DNA of 64,000 nucleotides. Source: Kofleriaceae bacterium. Lineage in GTDB: Bacteria; Myxococcota_A; Polyangia; Haliangiales; Haliangiaceae. Positions 47,922 to 56,559 of this stretch are shown piece by piece. The notes under the pieces were generated by a model that was not told the origin of the DNA, ran no database searches, and saw nothing but the letters and a program-made list of their open reading frames with translations. Each line of letters opens with the position of its first letter. Position 1 is the first letter of the stretch. The position numbers and the translations under genes are program-made. The stretch covers positions 1 to 64,000 of the forward strand of contig JBKJLC010000180.1 in NCBI GenBank assembly GCA_046597055.1. Reading direction: 5' to 3'.

Positions 47922-48638
47922 TTACCCGGGCGTGACCCAGGGCCCGCCCGCGGACCACCGTCCGGGCGAGCTACCCGCGACCACGGCCCCGAACAGCGGC
48001 AGCGCGAACCCGGCGACCTCTCGGATCACGGCAGCGAGCGCTCGCGTGTCGGCCGCACGCAGCTTCTTGATGAATGCCGTCCACTGCGCCATCTTGCCCA
48101 GGTCCTCGGCGAATACGTTCGTGAGTGCCACTGGAGCTTGCCGCGGGACCTCGGTGCCGCGCCGGCTGAACGTGGCGGTTACCGCCTTGGCCAGCAGCCC
48201 GCCATCGAACGAGAACTGCATCCGGCGTGATCACGTCTCCGAAGCCGATGTCGATCTGCAGACGGACGACGGCCGCTTCGATCCGGGCGACGAGACGCGC
48301 ACGGACTCCGCTGTAGGCTTGGTCCTCCCGGATCGGTGAGATCTCCAGGCTGCCGGCATCGAGCACGACGCCGTCCGGCACCACCTCGGCCGCAATCACG
48401 TCGTGCATGATCTGCTGCGCGCGAGCCTCGCTCGGGTCGCCGCGCCCGTGAAAGCCGTGAACAGAGCCGCCCCCTTGAGGACGAGCTGATCGGCGTGAGC
48501 CGTCACCGACAGGCGGTGCAGGAAGCGCTCGTTGGCATACCGGGTGAGCACCAGCTGGAAGTCTTCGCCTCGAGCGCGGGCCTGCTGCAGCAGGCGCGCA
48601 CGAACCGAAGCCGCGATGTTGGTCGGGACCTTGGTCAC
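47922..48638 (-). pseudogene. abiEii: AbiEii/AbiGii nucleotidyltransferase toxin, split over three frames
   Basis: NIAASVRARL..YANERFLHRL..VLKGA / IREDQAYSGVR..LQIDIGFGDVITP / FSFDG..ATFSRRGT..QWTAF. The RxTxDxD and EK..NSRMKD segments are missing. Confidence 0.85.
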
Positions 48639-49264
48639 GCGAGCGCCTCCAGATAGGGCTTCATGACCGAGTACACACGATCGGCGCGTGCCGCCGTGAC
48701 CAGCTGATCGATCGTGAAGCGACCACGATCACGCACAGGGCCGCGTCCGTGCCGCAGGTAGTCGCGCAGCGCGGCCAGAGCCACGTCGAGCCCGACCCGC
48801 CGACGAAACCGAAAGCAATCCGCGACCGTCTTGGCCGCGCCGGTCACCCGCAGGTTGATCCCGTCCGCGTCACGGACCTCGATCCCGTGGGAGAGCGCGG
48901 GCCCGCTCGCCCGGACGACCTCGAGCCGAGGCGAGGCGAGCGTGGGCCTCCGCGCGCTGCGGTCGATCAGGATCCACACGGCATGTGGAACCTCCGTCGT
49001 GAGATCGTGGAGCGGCAGCGCGCTCAGCAGACATACAGTCGCGTGCGGAACGCGCCGGCTGACCTCGAGCAGGGACGCGAGCTCACCGACCGGCGCATCA
49101 CTGGCCCGGTAAAGGCCACGACTTATGCGCTCGATCTGGCCCCGGGCTTCCAGGCGCTTCAGATAGCTGCGCGGCGCGCCTAGCGGGTCGAGGTCCCGTG
49201 CGCGGATCGGCCCACCTCGGACCAGCGCGAGGACCGCGTTCATCTTGGTGGGGTCGTCGGACAT
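48635..49264 (-). CDS. abiEi: AbiEi-family type IV antitoxin
   Basis: IERISRGLYR, VCLLSAL..HDLTT and KTVADCFRFRRRVGLDVALAAL; overlaps the toxin start (GTGA). Confidence 0.88.
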   Translation of the reverse strand: MSDDPTKMNAVLALVRGGPIRARDLDPLGAPRSYLKRLEARGQIERISRGLYRASDAPVGELASLLEVSRRVPHATVCLLSALPLHDLTTEVPHAVWILIDRSARRPTLASPRLEVVRASGPALSHGIEVRDADGINLRVTGAAKTVADCFRFRRRVGLDVALAALRDYLRHGRGPVRDRGRFTIDQLVTAARADRVYSVMKPYLEALA

Positions 49265-49328
49265 GATACGTATCGTACACCATCAGCCGGACGGACATAC
49301 GTTTCGTACCACGCGGTCCCTCGAGGCG

Positions 49329-50489
49329 CTACCGCGGGCCCATGTACTTCGTGATGTCCGTGCTCAGGAGCCGCCGGTTTTCCTCGAGGTCGTCGGAGCG
49401 CACGAAGATGACCGCGAACGTCGAGGTCTCCTGCTCGTCGAGCATGCGGAACTCGAGGACCTCGCCGAAGCTGCGCCAGAGCGCGCGATCGTCGATGCGC
49501 AGCGCCGGGTCGCCGTAGCGCTCGGTCGGCACGTCGGTGCACAGGAACGTGTAGACCGAGTCGTCGGGCTCGGCGAGGATCGAGTCCCAGTCGGGGCGGG
49601 TCTCGCGGAAGAAGTGCTTGTAGACGTTGATCGCGTACGCGTACTCCGCGATCTCGGTGGTGCCGAGGCCGGCGAAGCGCAGCGGGTTGACCTCGATCGG
49701 CAACAGCTGCCCGTGCGGGGTCAGGCGCAGCTCGAGGTGCATCGGGAAGCGCTTGAGGTCGAACAGATCGCCGAGCTTGACCAGGAACTCGCGGATCGCC
49801 TGGTAGTGGCGGCGGACCAGCGAGCGCCGCGTGTAATAGACGAGGTCGCTGGTGTCCGACGCGTCCTTGAACATGTGCTCCATCACGTTGAGGATCACGG
49901 GCTCGGCGGCCGAGTCGAAGTAGCAGTCGACCGCCAGCTCGATGCCGGGGATCCACTCCTCGAGGATCACCTTCTGGCTGTCGACCACCGCGCTGGTGTA
50001 GTTCTGCGCGTAGGTGGCGAGGTCCTTGGTGAGGAACTCGACCGCGGCCGGCCACTCGGCGGCGCGCTCGACCCGACGCACGCCGATCGACGAGATGCCG
50101 GCGGCCGGCTTGATCATCAGCGGGAAGCGCAGCGTGGTCGGGTCGAGCCGCGGCAGCTCGGTGACGCTGGTCTCCTTGAAGTAGAACTCGGGGTACAGCT
50201 TCGCCAGCGACCGCCGGAACGCGACCTTGTCCTTGAACAGCCGCGCCTTGAGCACGCGGTCGTCGTGGGGGATGGCCTCCTGCAGGAACGCGAGCGCGTT
50301 CTCCGAGCTGGTCAGGATCAGCGACTGGTAGGCGTGCTTCGGGCGGTCGACGATGACCTGCGCCGGCTCGATCCGCAGCGCCGGCTTCATCGGCACCTTG
50401 AGATCCTCGGCGAGGATCGTCGGCTCACCCAGCTCGAAGAGGGTCTTCGACAGGTACGGAGAGATCGACGGACGCGCCAGGATGATCAT
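49329..50489 (-). CDS. ATP-grasp domain protein
   Basis: FKDKVAFR, FPLMIKPAAGISSIGV, ILEEWIPGIELAVD and HLELR..PIEVNPLRFAG; start MIILARP. Confidence 0.88.
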   Translation of the reverse strand: MIILARPSISPYLSKTLFELGEPTILAEDLKVPMKPALRIEPAQVIVDRPKHAYQSLILTSSENALAFLQEAIPHDDRVLKARLFKDKVAFRRSLAKLYPEFYFKETSVTELPRLDPTTLRFPLMIKPAAGISSIGVRRVERAAEWPAAVEFLTKDLATYAQNYTSAVVDSQKVILEEWIPGIELAVDCYFDSAAEPVILNVMEHMFKDASDTSDLVYYTRRSLVRRHYQAIREFLVKLGDLFDLKRFPMHLELRLTPHGQLLPIEVNPLRFAGLGTTEIAEYAYAINVYKHFFRETRPDWDSILAEPDDSVYTFLCTDVPTERYGDPALRIDDRALWRSFGEVLEFRMLDEQETSTFAVIFVRSDDLEENRRLLSTDITKYMGPR

Positions 50490-50515
50490 CGTCGCGCACG
50501 ATACGTCACCGGTAT

Positions 50516-50549
50516 CCCTGAGCAAGGCGCGAAGCGCCCCGTCGAAGGG
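50516..50549. repeat. Isolated REP-like element of the same family as 28.9-29.2 kb
   Basis: CCCTGAGCAAGGCGCGAAGCGCCCCGTCGAAGGG nearly matches the reverse complement of 29046-29077. Confidence 0.75.
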
Positions 50550-50578
50550 CCCGCTCAGGGCCGTCACTTCCCAGCCGA

Positions 50579-51124
50579 TCAGGGCAGGTCGATGAAGGGG
50601 ATCCGGGCCATCGCCCGGGCGCCCTCGCCGTTGGGGATCCACAGCATGTTCGTGGCCCCGGTCAGGCCGGTGTACCGGAAGACCAGCTGATCGCCCTCGG
50701 CCACCGGGCTCACCGCGGGGCCGACCGCGCGGAAGTCGTGGGTCTGCGGGATCTGCACGCGCTCCGACGGCTCGAAGCGTTGCTCCCACATCACGATCGG
50801 CGTGTCGCCGCCGGCGGCCGCCCGCCACAAGATCTCGAACCGCACGTCAACCGGCTGGATGACGAAGCAGTCCGCGGCGAGGTGCCACTCGCCGGCCCTG
50901 ACGTCTCCGAGCAACGTCCACTCAGCCTCATAGGAGCTCCCGGCCCCTACTCCAGGTGCTCAAAAGGGGGGGGGCTCGAACGCGGCCAAGCGCACCTGGA
51001 CCTCGGAGCCGTCGAGCGCGAGCCAGAGCTTCGACGGATTGGGACCGTCCGGCGCGTCGTCCCCCGGGCAGCCCGTGAGCGACAGCAGAGCGAGAGCAGG
51101 CAGCGCGGCGGCGAAGCGGTTCAT
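50579..51124 (-). CDS. Lipoprotein with one in-frame TGA at codon 55; candidate selenoprotein (181 aa)
   Basis: Reads MNRFAAALPALALLSLTGC...RLAAFEPPPF[TGA 50962-50960]APGVGAGSSYEAEWTLLGDVRAGEWHLAADCF...IPFIDLP*, all in one frame. The ATG overlaps the methyltransferase stop. Confidence 0.6.
50930..50950 (-). other. Candidate bacterial SECIS hairpin
   Basis: mRNA G-UAGGGGC-[CGGGA]-GCUCCUA-U: a 7-8 bp stem starting 10-11 nt after the UGA, with a 5-nt loop carrying G at position 2. Confidence 0.55.
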
Positions 51125-51810
51125 GGGGTGACCTTGGTGGCGGGAGGGGTCGGGGCGGTGACGGGCGGTGTCGGCGGCGGCGGCGGCGTCGCCGGCGCAT
51201 CGGTCACCTCGAAGACTGCAACGAACTGGCCCGGCATGTCGCTGATCTCCGTCACAACACGGAAGCCCGTCGCCTCGGCGGCGGCGATCGCGGCCGCGCG
51301 GTGGTGCATCCGGTTGGCGATGGCAAGCTTGCCACCTTTCACCAGGGCCGGTCGTGCCTTGGTGAGCCAGCTCACGCGGTCGTCGAAGTAGTGATCGACC
51401 TGGGCCAGCAAGATCGCATCGAACCGCCCCGGCTCGAGGCCAGGCTCGCTCGGCTGCACCACGCGACCCTCGACCACGTGGTCGTAACCCGCGGCGACCA
51501 TGCGCGCACGCAGGTAGTCGAGCACTGCGCCGTCGATATCGGTGGCGACCACGCGCCCGCCCGGCGACACCGCGCGGGCGACGTGGACGGTGAGCAGCCC
51601 GGTGCCGGCGCCGACGTCGGCGACCACCATGCCGGGCTTCAGCCCGAGCGCACGCAGGATGCTCTCGGGCTGGCGCTCGCGATCGAAACGATTCTGATCG
51701 TCGCTGCTGAGGTCGCTGCCGCTGCCCGCGGTGGCGCGGTCGGGCTCGCCCTTACAGCCGCCGAGCGCGCTGACGACACACAGCGACGCGATCAGGACAG
51801 CGACTCGCAC
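51121..51810 (-). CDS. Class I SAM-dependent methyltransferase with lipoprotein signal
   Basis: LGGC lipobox, LGLKPGMVVADVGAGTG, VVATDID and LVKGGKLAI. Confidence 0.9.
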   Translation of the reverse strand: MRVAVLIASLCVVSALGGCKGEPDRATAGSGSDLSSDDQNRFDRERQPESILRALGLKPGMVVADVGAGTGLLTVHVARAVSPGGRVVATDIDGAVLDYLRARMVAAGYDHVVEGRVVQPSEPGLEPGRFDAILLAQVDHYFDDRVSWLTKARPALVKGGKLAIANRMHHRAAAIAAAEATGFRVVTEISDMPGQFVAVFEVTDAPATPPPPPTPPVTAPTPPATKVTP

Positions 51811-51868
51811 GGCGGCAAGCTAGCAGCCCGGTGCAACCCTGTCATCCCCGCGGCTCGCCGCGTCATCG

Positions 51869-53263
51869 TCACATCGTGATCGGACGGACCACGCCGTTGA
51901 TGTTGACGCCGCGCGCGAAGTCGCCGACCCGGCGCATGTCGCCCTTGGCGATCGCGTAGGCGACCGCGGCCGAGGCGGGGCCAGCGAGGTCGCGCGACGC
52001 GGTGTCGTTGTCGGCGCCGGTCGCCGGATCGAAGCCCTTCACGGTGCCGTCGCGCATGATGCCGCCGAACCAGCCGGTCTTGAGCAGGCCGTTGCCGTAG
52101 ACGTACATCCAGTTGCTGTTGTTGGGCGTGCCGTCGGGCCAGCCGTTGCGATCGCGCGGGTTCTTGGGCGTGTCGCCGTGGATCGTCATCACCACGTTGT
52201 CGCTGAGCTTGCTGCCGGCGCACGAGGCGTCGTCGTAGCCGGCCAGGTCGAGCATGAAGCCGTCGAGGATCTTGCCGAGCAGCGAGACCCGCATGCGCAG
52301 GTTGTTCATGTCGTTGAACGCGCCGTGCGGGTCGTCGCGCAGGACCGACATCGCGACGCTCGAGGTCAGGCCCATGTTGAACGCCTTGGCGGTGACCATC
52401 AGCGACTCCGCCATGCTGCGGATGTTGGCCGGGGTGCCACCGTCGACGCCGTAGCGGTTGAGGTCCTCGGGGGTGATCGCCAGCCGGTCGGCCAGGTTGG
52501 TGCCGAGCAGCCGGGCCGCGGTCTTGGCGGTGCCGTACGCGCGGGTCTGGGTCGGCCGGTCGGCGGCGCGGTTGAGCGAGGCCATCGCCGCGTAGTGGGC
52601 GTCGTAGAGGCCGGCGTCGCCGCTGTTCTCGAGCAGGCCACCGGCGCGCGAGGCCGCGCTGTTGAACAGGCCGACGAACTGGTCGGCCGAGCCGACCGCG
52701 CTGGGCCGGGGCGCGCCCGGCGCGTTGCCGAACTCGGCGCCGTCGATGGTCACCACCGGGATGACGCTCGGGTTGGTGGTCTGCAGCGAGGCGGCGATCG
52801 CCGGCACCGTGTTGCCACCGACCGTGACCGTGGTCTGCGGGTTGTTGCGGTGGGTCTCGTTGACGCCGGCCATGAACGCCGTGATCTGGCGGCCGCCGGT
52901 GGCGGTGCGGAACGGCGCCTCGGGGCCGAGCGCCAGCGGCCGGTCGGTGCCGGCCGCCATCGTGTGCTGCCCGGGCGCGTGGAACGCGAAGCTGGGGTCG
53001 GCCGCGGCCGCGATGTCGACGTGCGGCCACAGCAGCTGGAACCACGCGAAGCCGCCGGTGCCGGCGATCAGGTGGACCGAGCGGTTGGTCGGCTGGCACG
53101 AGGCGTCGGCGGCGATCGCCTTGCCGACCGCGCCCTCGAGCGCCTCGTACACCTTCCAGCGCGCGATGCCGAGGGCGGCGCCGGCGTAGAGGCTCCACTT
53201 GATGATGTCGCGGCGACCGAGCTCACGGCGCTCGTCCTTCTCGGAGGTCTTCGACTTGGCCAT
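51869..53263 (-). CDS. Tat-exported DUF1501-like protein
   Basis: AAGGAG RBS, GRRDIIKW twin-arginine leader, SVHLIAGTGG, DDPHGAF and NVVMTIHGDTPKNP..WPD. Confidence 0.75.
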   Translation of the reverse strand: MAKSKTSEKDERRELGRRDIIKWSLYAGAALGIARWKVYEALEGAVGKAIAADASCQPTNRSVHLIAGTGGFAWFQLLWPHVDIAAAADPSFAFHAPGQHTMAAGTDRPLALGPEAPFRTATGGRQITAFMAGVNETHRNNPQTTVTVGGNTVPAIAASLQTTNPSVIPVVTIDGAEFGNAPGAPRPSAVGSADQFVGLFNSAASRAGGLLENSGDAGLYDAHYAAMASLNRAADRPTQTRAYGTAKTAARLLGTNLADRLAITPEDLNRYGVDGGTPANIRSMAESLMVTAKAFNMGLTSSVAMSVLRDDPHGAFNDMNNLRMRVSLLGKILDGFMLDLAGYDDASCAGSKLSDNVVMTIHGDTPKNPRDRNGWPDGTPNNSNWMYVYGNGLLKTGWFGGIMRDGTVKGFDPATGADNDTASRDLAGPASAAVAYAIAKGDMRRVGDFARGVNINGVVRPITM

Positions 53264-53274
53264 GGTGGTCTCCT

Positions 53275-53943
53275 TCACTCGCACGTGTGGGCAGCGGCGA
53301 GCAGCGTCGCGACGGCGATGCGCTTGCCCTTCTCGACGTCGCTGGCGCGCGACACGGTCAGGTTGCAGAGCTCGAGGTGGCTGGCGGTCGCCGGCACCCC
53401 CAAGAGACACGCGATGCCGTCGGCGGTGCACTGGTTGTCGCCGTTGAACATCGACGTGCCGGTGCCGGCGACGGTGCACGCGGGCAGGGTCGGCATCGCC
53501 GTGATGATCTCGGGCGCGGCCGAGACGAAGATGTCGAACAGCTTCGACGCGGTCGCGGTCGACAGCTCGCGACCCTCGCGCTGGCGGGCCGCGTAGTTGG
53601 GCGCGCCCAGCGCCTGGTCGCCGTTGCGGTAGAGGGCCCCGGCGGTGCCGGCCGCGGTGGCGGCCAGGTTGACGCCGCGCGAGGTCAGCAGCCGACCCAG
53701 CGTGTCGTACTTCATCTTCGGGCAGCTGTGGACCCGCGACGAGTAGCGGGCCGGGCCCTCGCGGCGCAAGCGGTCGAGCAGCTCGAACGGATCGACGTAC
53801 TCGCCGGGGTGATCGAAGGTGTTGTCTTCGCCACCCGACGCGTTGTCGTCGGGGATGGGCGCCTGATCGAGGGTGTCGAGGTCGCCGGTGCACGCGGCGA
53901 GCACCAGCGACAGACCGAGACCGAGGTAGCGGTAATTCGTCAT
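53275..53943 (-). CDS. Cys-containing lipoprotein of unknown function
   Basis: GGGAG RBS, lipobox LAAC, NTFDH, RVHSCPK and C-terminal AAAHTCE. Confidence 0.8.
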   Translation of the reverse strand: MTNYRYLGLGLSLVLAACTGDLDTLDQAPIPDDNASGGEDNTFDHPGEYVDPFELLDRLRREGPARYSSRVHSCPKMKYDTLGRLLTSRGVNLAATAAGTAGALYRNGDQALGAPNYAARQREGRELSTATASKLFDIFVSAAPEIITAMPTLPACTVAGTGTSMFNGDNQCTADGIACLLGVPATASHLELCNLTVSRASDVEKGKRIAVATLLAAAHTCE

Positions 53944-53954
53944 GGTCATCTCCC

Positions 53955-55121
53955 TCAGAAGCTCACGAAGTCGTCGCTGGTGTAGACCGTGAAGATCGCG
54001 TCCTTGAGCTTGCCGCCGCTGGCCTGGAACGCCGCGGTCTGGGCCGCGATCACCTCGGTGGGGACCAGCGCCAGGGTGTCGACGATGTCGCCCTTGCCGA
54101 GCGCCCAGTTCCACACCCGCGCGACCGCGCACTCGGCGACGAGGGGATCGGCGGCCAGCGCGGCGCCGAGCGCCGGCAGGTCGGCGGCGACCGTGCCGAA
54201 CCGCCACGCGGTGGGCTCGCCGGCCGGGAGCCAGTCGCTCAGCAGCGCGGTCGGGCTGCCGTCGGCCGGCGTCTTGACCTGGATCGCGGGCTGCTGCCGG
54301 CCCTGCTCGTCGAAGTACGCGAACAGCGGCGCGAGGTGATTCATCGTCGCGTGGCAGTTGGCGCACACGACCGCGCTGGTGTCGTGGAAGTCGATGCTGC
54401 CGCCGTTGCCGGCGCCGGCGATCGAAAGGAACGGCCACGGCGACGAGTACGCGGCCGCGGCGCCCTCGGCGGGCGCGTCGGTGATCTCGGCCGGGAACGC
54501 GGTGCACGCGAAGCTCTCTTGCACCCAGCGGACCCGGCGGAACGCCAGGTTCGAGAAGAAGTGGGCCTGCACGCCCGGGTTGGTCAGCACGCCGGCGTGG
54601 GTGGTGACCCCGTTGGCGCAGTCGGCGGCGGTGAAGGTGCCGCCGGCGACCGTCGGGCAGGTGCCGGTGGTCGCGGTGAACAGCTCGCCGAACGGCCGGT
54701 TCTCGACGGTGAGCTGGGCGGCGAACACCGGCGCGGTGTCGAGCATCGCGGTCCCGCCCATCTTGAGCTGGTCGCGCCAGAACCCGACCATCTGCTGGGT
54801 GAACGCCGGGCTCTCGAGGTAGGCCCGGATGAACGACTCGTAGACGACCTGCTGGGCGGCGACGTCGCCGGCGTCGGCGACCGCCTTGATCTCGGCCAGC
54901 GTCGGCAGCTGGCCGGTCAGCCGCAGCGCCGCGATGCGCAGCGCGGCGCCGTAGTCGACCGTGCGCTCGGCCAGCTGCTGGTCCCACTCGTCGAGCGGGG
55001 TGGGGCTGTCGTCGTCGCCGACGACATCGTCGCCGGTGCTGGTGGTACCGCCGCAGGCGGCGACACCGGCGAACGCGGCGGCCGCGAGGACGCGAGCCAG
55101 GATGGAGACGGTCGGACGCAT
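53955..55121 (-). CDS. Lipoprotein with CxxCH (DUF1549/DUF1585-like planctomycete-type cytochrome c)
   Basis: Lipobox VAAC, LRIAALRLTGQLPT, HAGVLT, CANCHATMN, ECAVARVWNWALG and KLKDAI..SDDF. Confidence 0.8.
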   Translation of the reverse strand: MRPTVSILARVLAAAAFAGVAACGGTTSTGDDVVGDDDSPTPLDEWDQQLAERTVDYGAALRIAALRLTGQLPTLAEIKAVADAGDVAAQQVVYESFIRAYLESPAFTQQMVGFWRDQLKMGGTAMLDTAPVFAAQLTVENRPFGELFTATTGTCPTVAGGTFTAADCANGVTTHAGVLTNPGVQAHFFSNLAFRRVRWVQESFACTAFPAEITDAPAEGAAAAYSSPWPFLSIAGAGNGGSIDFHDTSAVVCANCHATMNHLAPLFAYFDEQGRQQPAIQVKTPADGSPTALLSDWLPAGEPTAWRFGTVAADLPALGAALAADPLVAECAVARVWNWALGKGDIVDTLALVPTEVIAAQTAAFQASGGKLKDAIFTVYTSDDFVSF

Positions 55122-55138
55122 GGCGTTCTCCTCGGTTC

Positions 55139-56257
55139 TCACGGAGCGGCCTCGGCCTGGATCCAGGCCAGCATCTGCGTGCGGTAGTTGGCGAAGTTGG
55201 CGGCCGGCACCTTGAACTGCGGGTGCACGTTGGCGACGGCGGGGTCGACCGAGACGATGATGCTCGACTGGTCGGGGTTGAGCTTCGAGACCCGCGACAG
55301 GATCTGGGCGCAGGCGTCGGCCTGGCGGGCCTCGTTGCCGAGCAGCGTCATGTCGGTGGCGCCGGTCGCGCCGGCGTTGGTGCCGCCGTGGCACTGCTGG
55401 GCGCACGCCTGCAGCGCGGGCCGCGCGCTGGCGGTGAACAGCGCGACCGCCTTGCAGCCGCCGCCGACGATGCCGCCGCCGCCGCCGGTCGGCGGGGTGC
55501 CGTTGGCGAGGCTGATGGTCTTGAAGTGGATCGACAGCTCGCCCTGGGGCGGGATGTCGACGAACACCGCGGTGCCACCGCCAACCTGGCTCGACGCCGC
55601 CTCGGCGACCGTGAGATCGATGTCGCTGAAGCGGTCGATCGGGTCGGGGATCGCGGTGGCGCCGTCCCACACCACGAACAGCGGGTGGACCAGGCGGACG
55701 CCGCCGGTGCCGGCATCGACCGAGATGCGCGACAGGTACATGCCGGTCGCGAGCGGCTGGTAGTCGAACTTGAACTTCGAGCCGGCCAGGCCGATCGACG
55801 TGAGGTCGAGCTCGTTGCTGCCGACCCGCGGCGCGATCTTCGCGGTCTCGACCACCGGCTCCTGCACGACGCCGGCGACGACCGCCTCGAGCTCGGCCCA
55901 CGCGGTCACCTGCGCGGCCTCGGCCGGGGTGTAGTTGACGCCGACCGAGGCGTGGGCCTGGCTCGACGGGTACACCGCGAGCCGGCTCGCGCCCGGGTTC
56001 ATCAGATCGACCAGCGACGCGTTATTGAACTTGAGGACGCCCTCGCGCAGGGTCGGGTCGGGCCGCATGAACTGCGGCGCCACCAACGATGCGTGGCAGG
56101 AAGCGCACTTCGCCTGCAGCGTCGGCGCCACGTTGACCTCGAACGCCTCGATCGCGACTCCGGACGGGTCGCCGTCTCCCGGGTCGACGATCTCACCGGT
56201 GCAGGCGCCCGCGAGCGCGACCGCTGCGAGCACGAGGCCGGCGCGCAGCCGGACCAT
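55139..56257 (-). CDS. c-type cytochrome lipoprotein (CxxCH plus CxxxCH)
   Basis: Lipobox AGAC, FEVNVAPTLQAKCASCH, CAQQCHGG and C-terminal MLAWIQAE. Confidence 0.8.
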   Translation of the reverse strand: MVRLRAGLVLAAVALAGACTGEIVDPGDGDPSGVAIEAFEVNVAPTLQAKCASCHASLVAPQFMRPDPTLREGVLKFNNASLVDLMNPGASRLAVYPSSQAHASVGVNYTPAEAAQVTAWAELEAVVAGVVQEPVVETAKIAPRVGSNELDLTSIGLAGSKFKFDYQPLATGMYLSRISVDAGTGGVRLVHPLFVVWDGATAIPDPIDRFSDIDLTVAEAASSQVGGGTAVFVDIPPQGELSIHFKTISLANGTPPTGGGGGIVGGGCKAVALFTASARPALQACAQQCHGGTNAGATGATDMTLLGNEARQADACAQILSRVSKLNPDQSSIIVSVDPAVANVHPQFKVPAANFANYRTQMLAWIQAEAAP

Positions 56258-56348
56258 CGGGAGATGGCGACAGAGGAGGTCCAGCATGGCCTTCCGGGTG
56301 CCCGGAAGTGCGCGTGAAACCTGGATTCCCGTCATGCCTGAGCACTAC

Positions 56349-56364
56349 AGCAACTGCTGTGCCT
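56349..56364 (-). promoter_or_regulatory. Putative sigma54 promoter of the cytochrome/DUF1501-like operon
   Basis: The minus strand reads AGGCACA-GCAG-TTGCT, with canonical -24/-12 spacing. Confidence 0.65.
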
Positions 56365-56559
56365 CGCTGCGGTCAGCGGGCCGCGCCCCGCGATCACCGC
56401 GTAAGTAGCCGCACAGCCAAGGTTTGCGGTCACCCGGCGCCGGCGAGCCCGGGGTGGGGTCAACCGTTCCGTTGGGGGGTGCCCCCCCAGGTGGGATCGC
56501 CGAGCACCAGCGTCCGCCAGCGCCCACCGGCGCCGGTCGCCGCTGGGGCCTACTCGGCC

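Noticed and set aside
50929..50941. GGAG-N5-ATG as the start of the downstream gene
   Set aside because: This ATG is out of frame with the 50579-50914 coding region and gives a Ser/Arg-rich, non-protein-like peptide.
50960..50974. Programmed frameshift or phase variation at the C9-TTT-TGA tract
   Set aside because: Both shifted frames stop within about 4-11 codons, and only in-frame read-through joins the downstream coding region. A homopolymer error cannot be fully excluded without reads.
56473..56489. TGGGGGG-TGC-CCCCCCA hairpin as an intrinsic terminator or ncRNA
   Set aside because: There is no U-tract and no recognisable RNA family; the evidence is insufficient.
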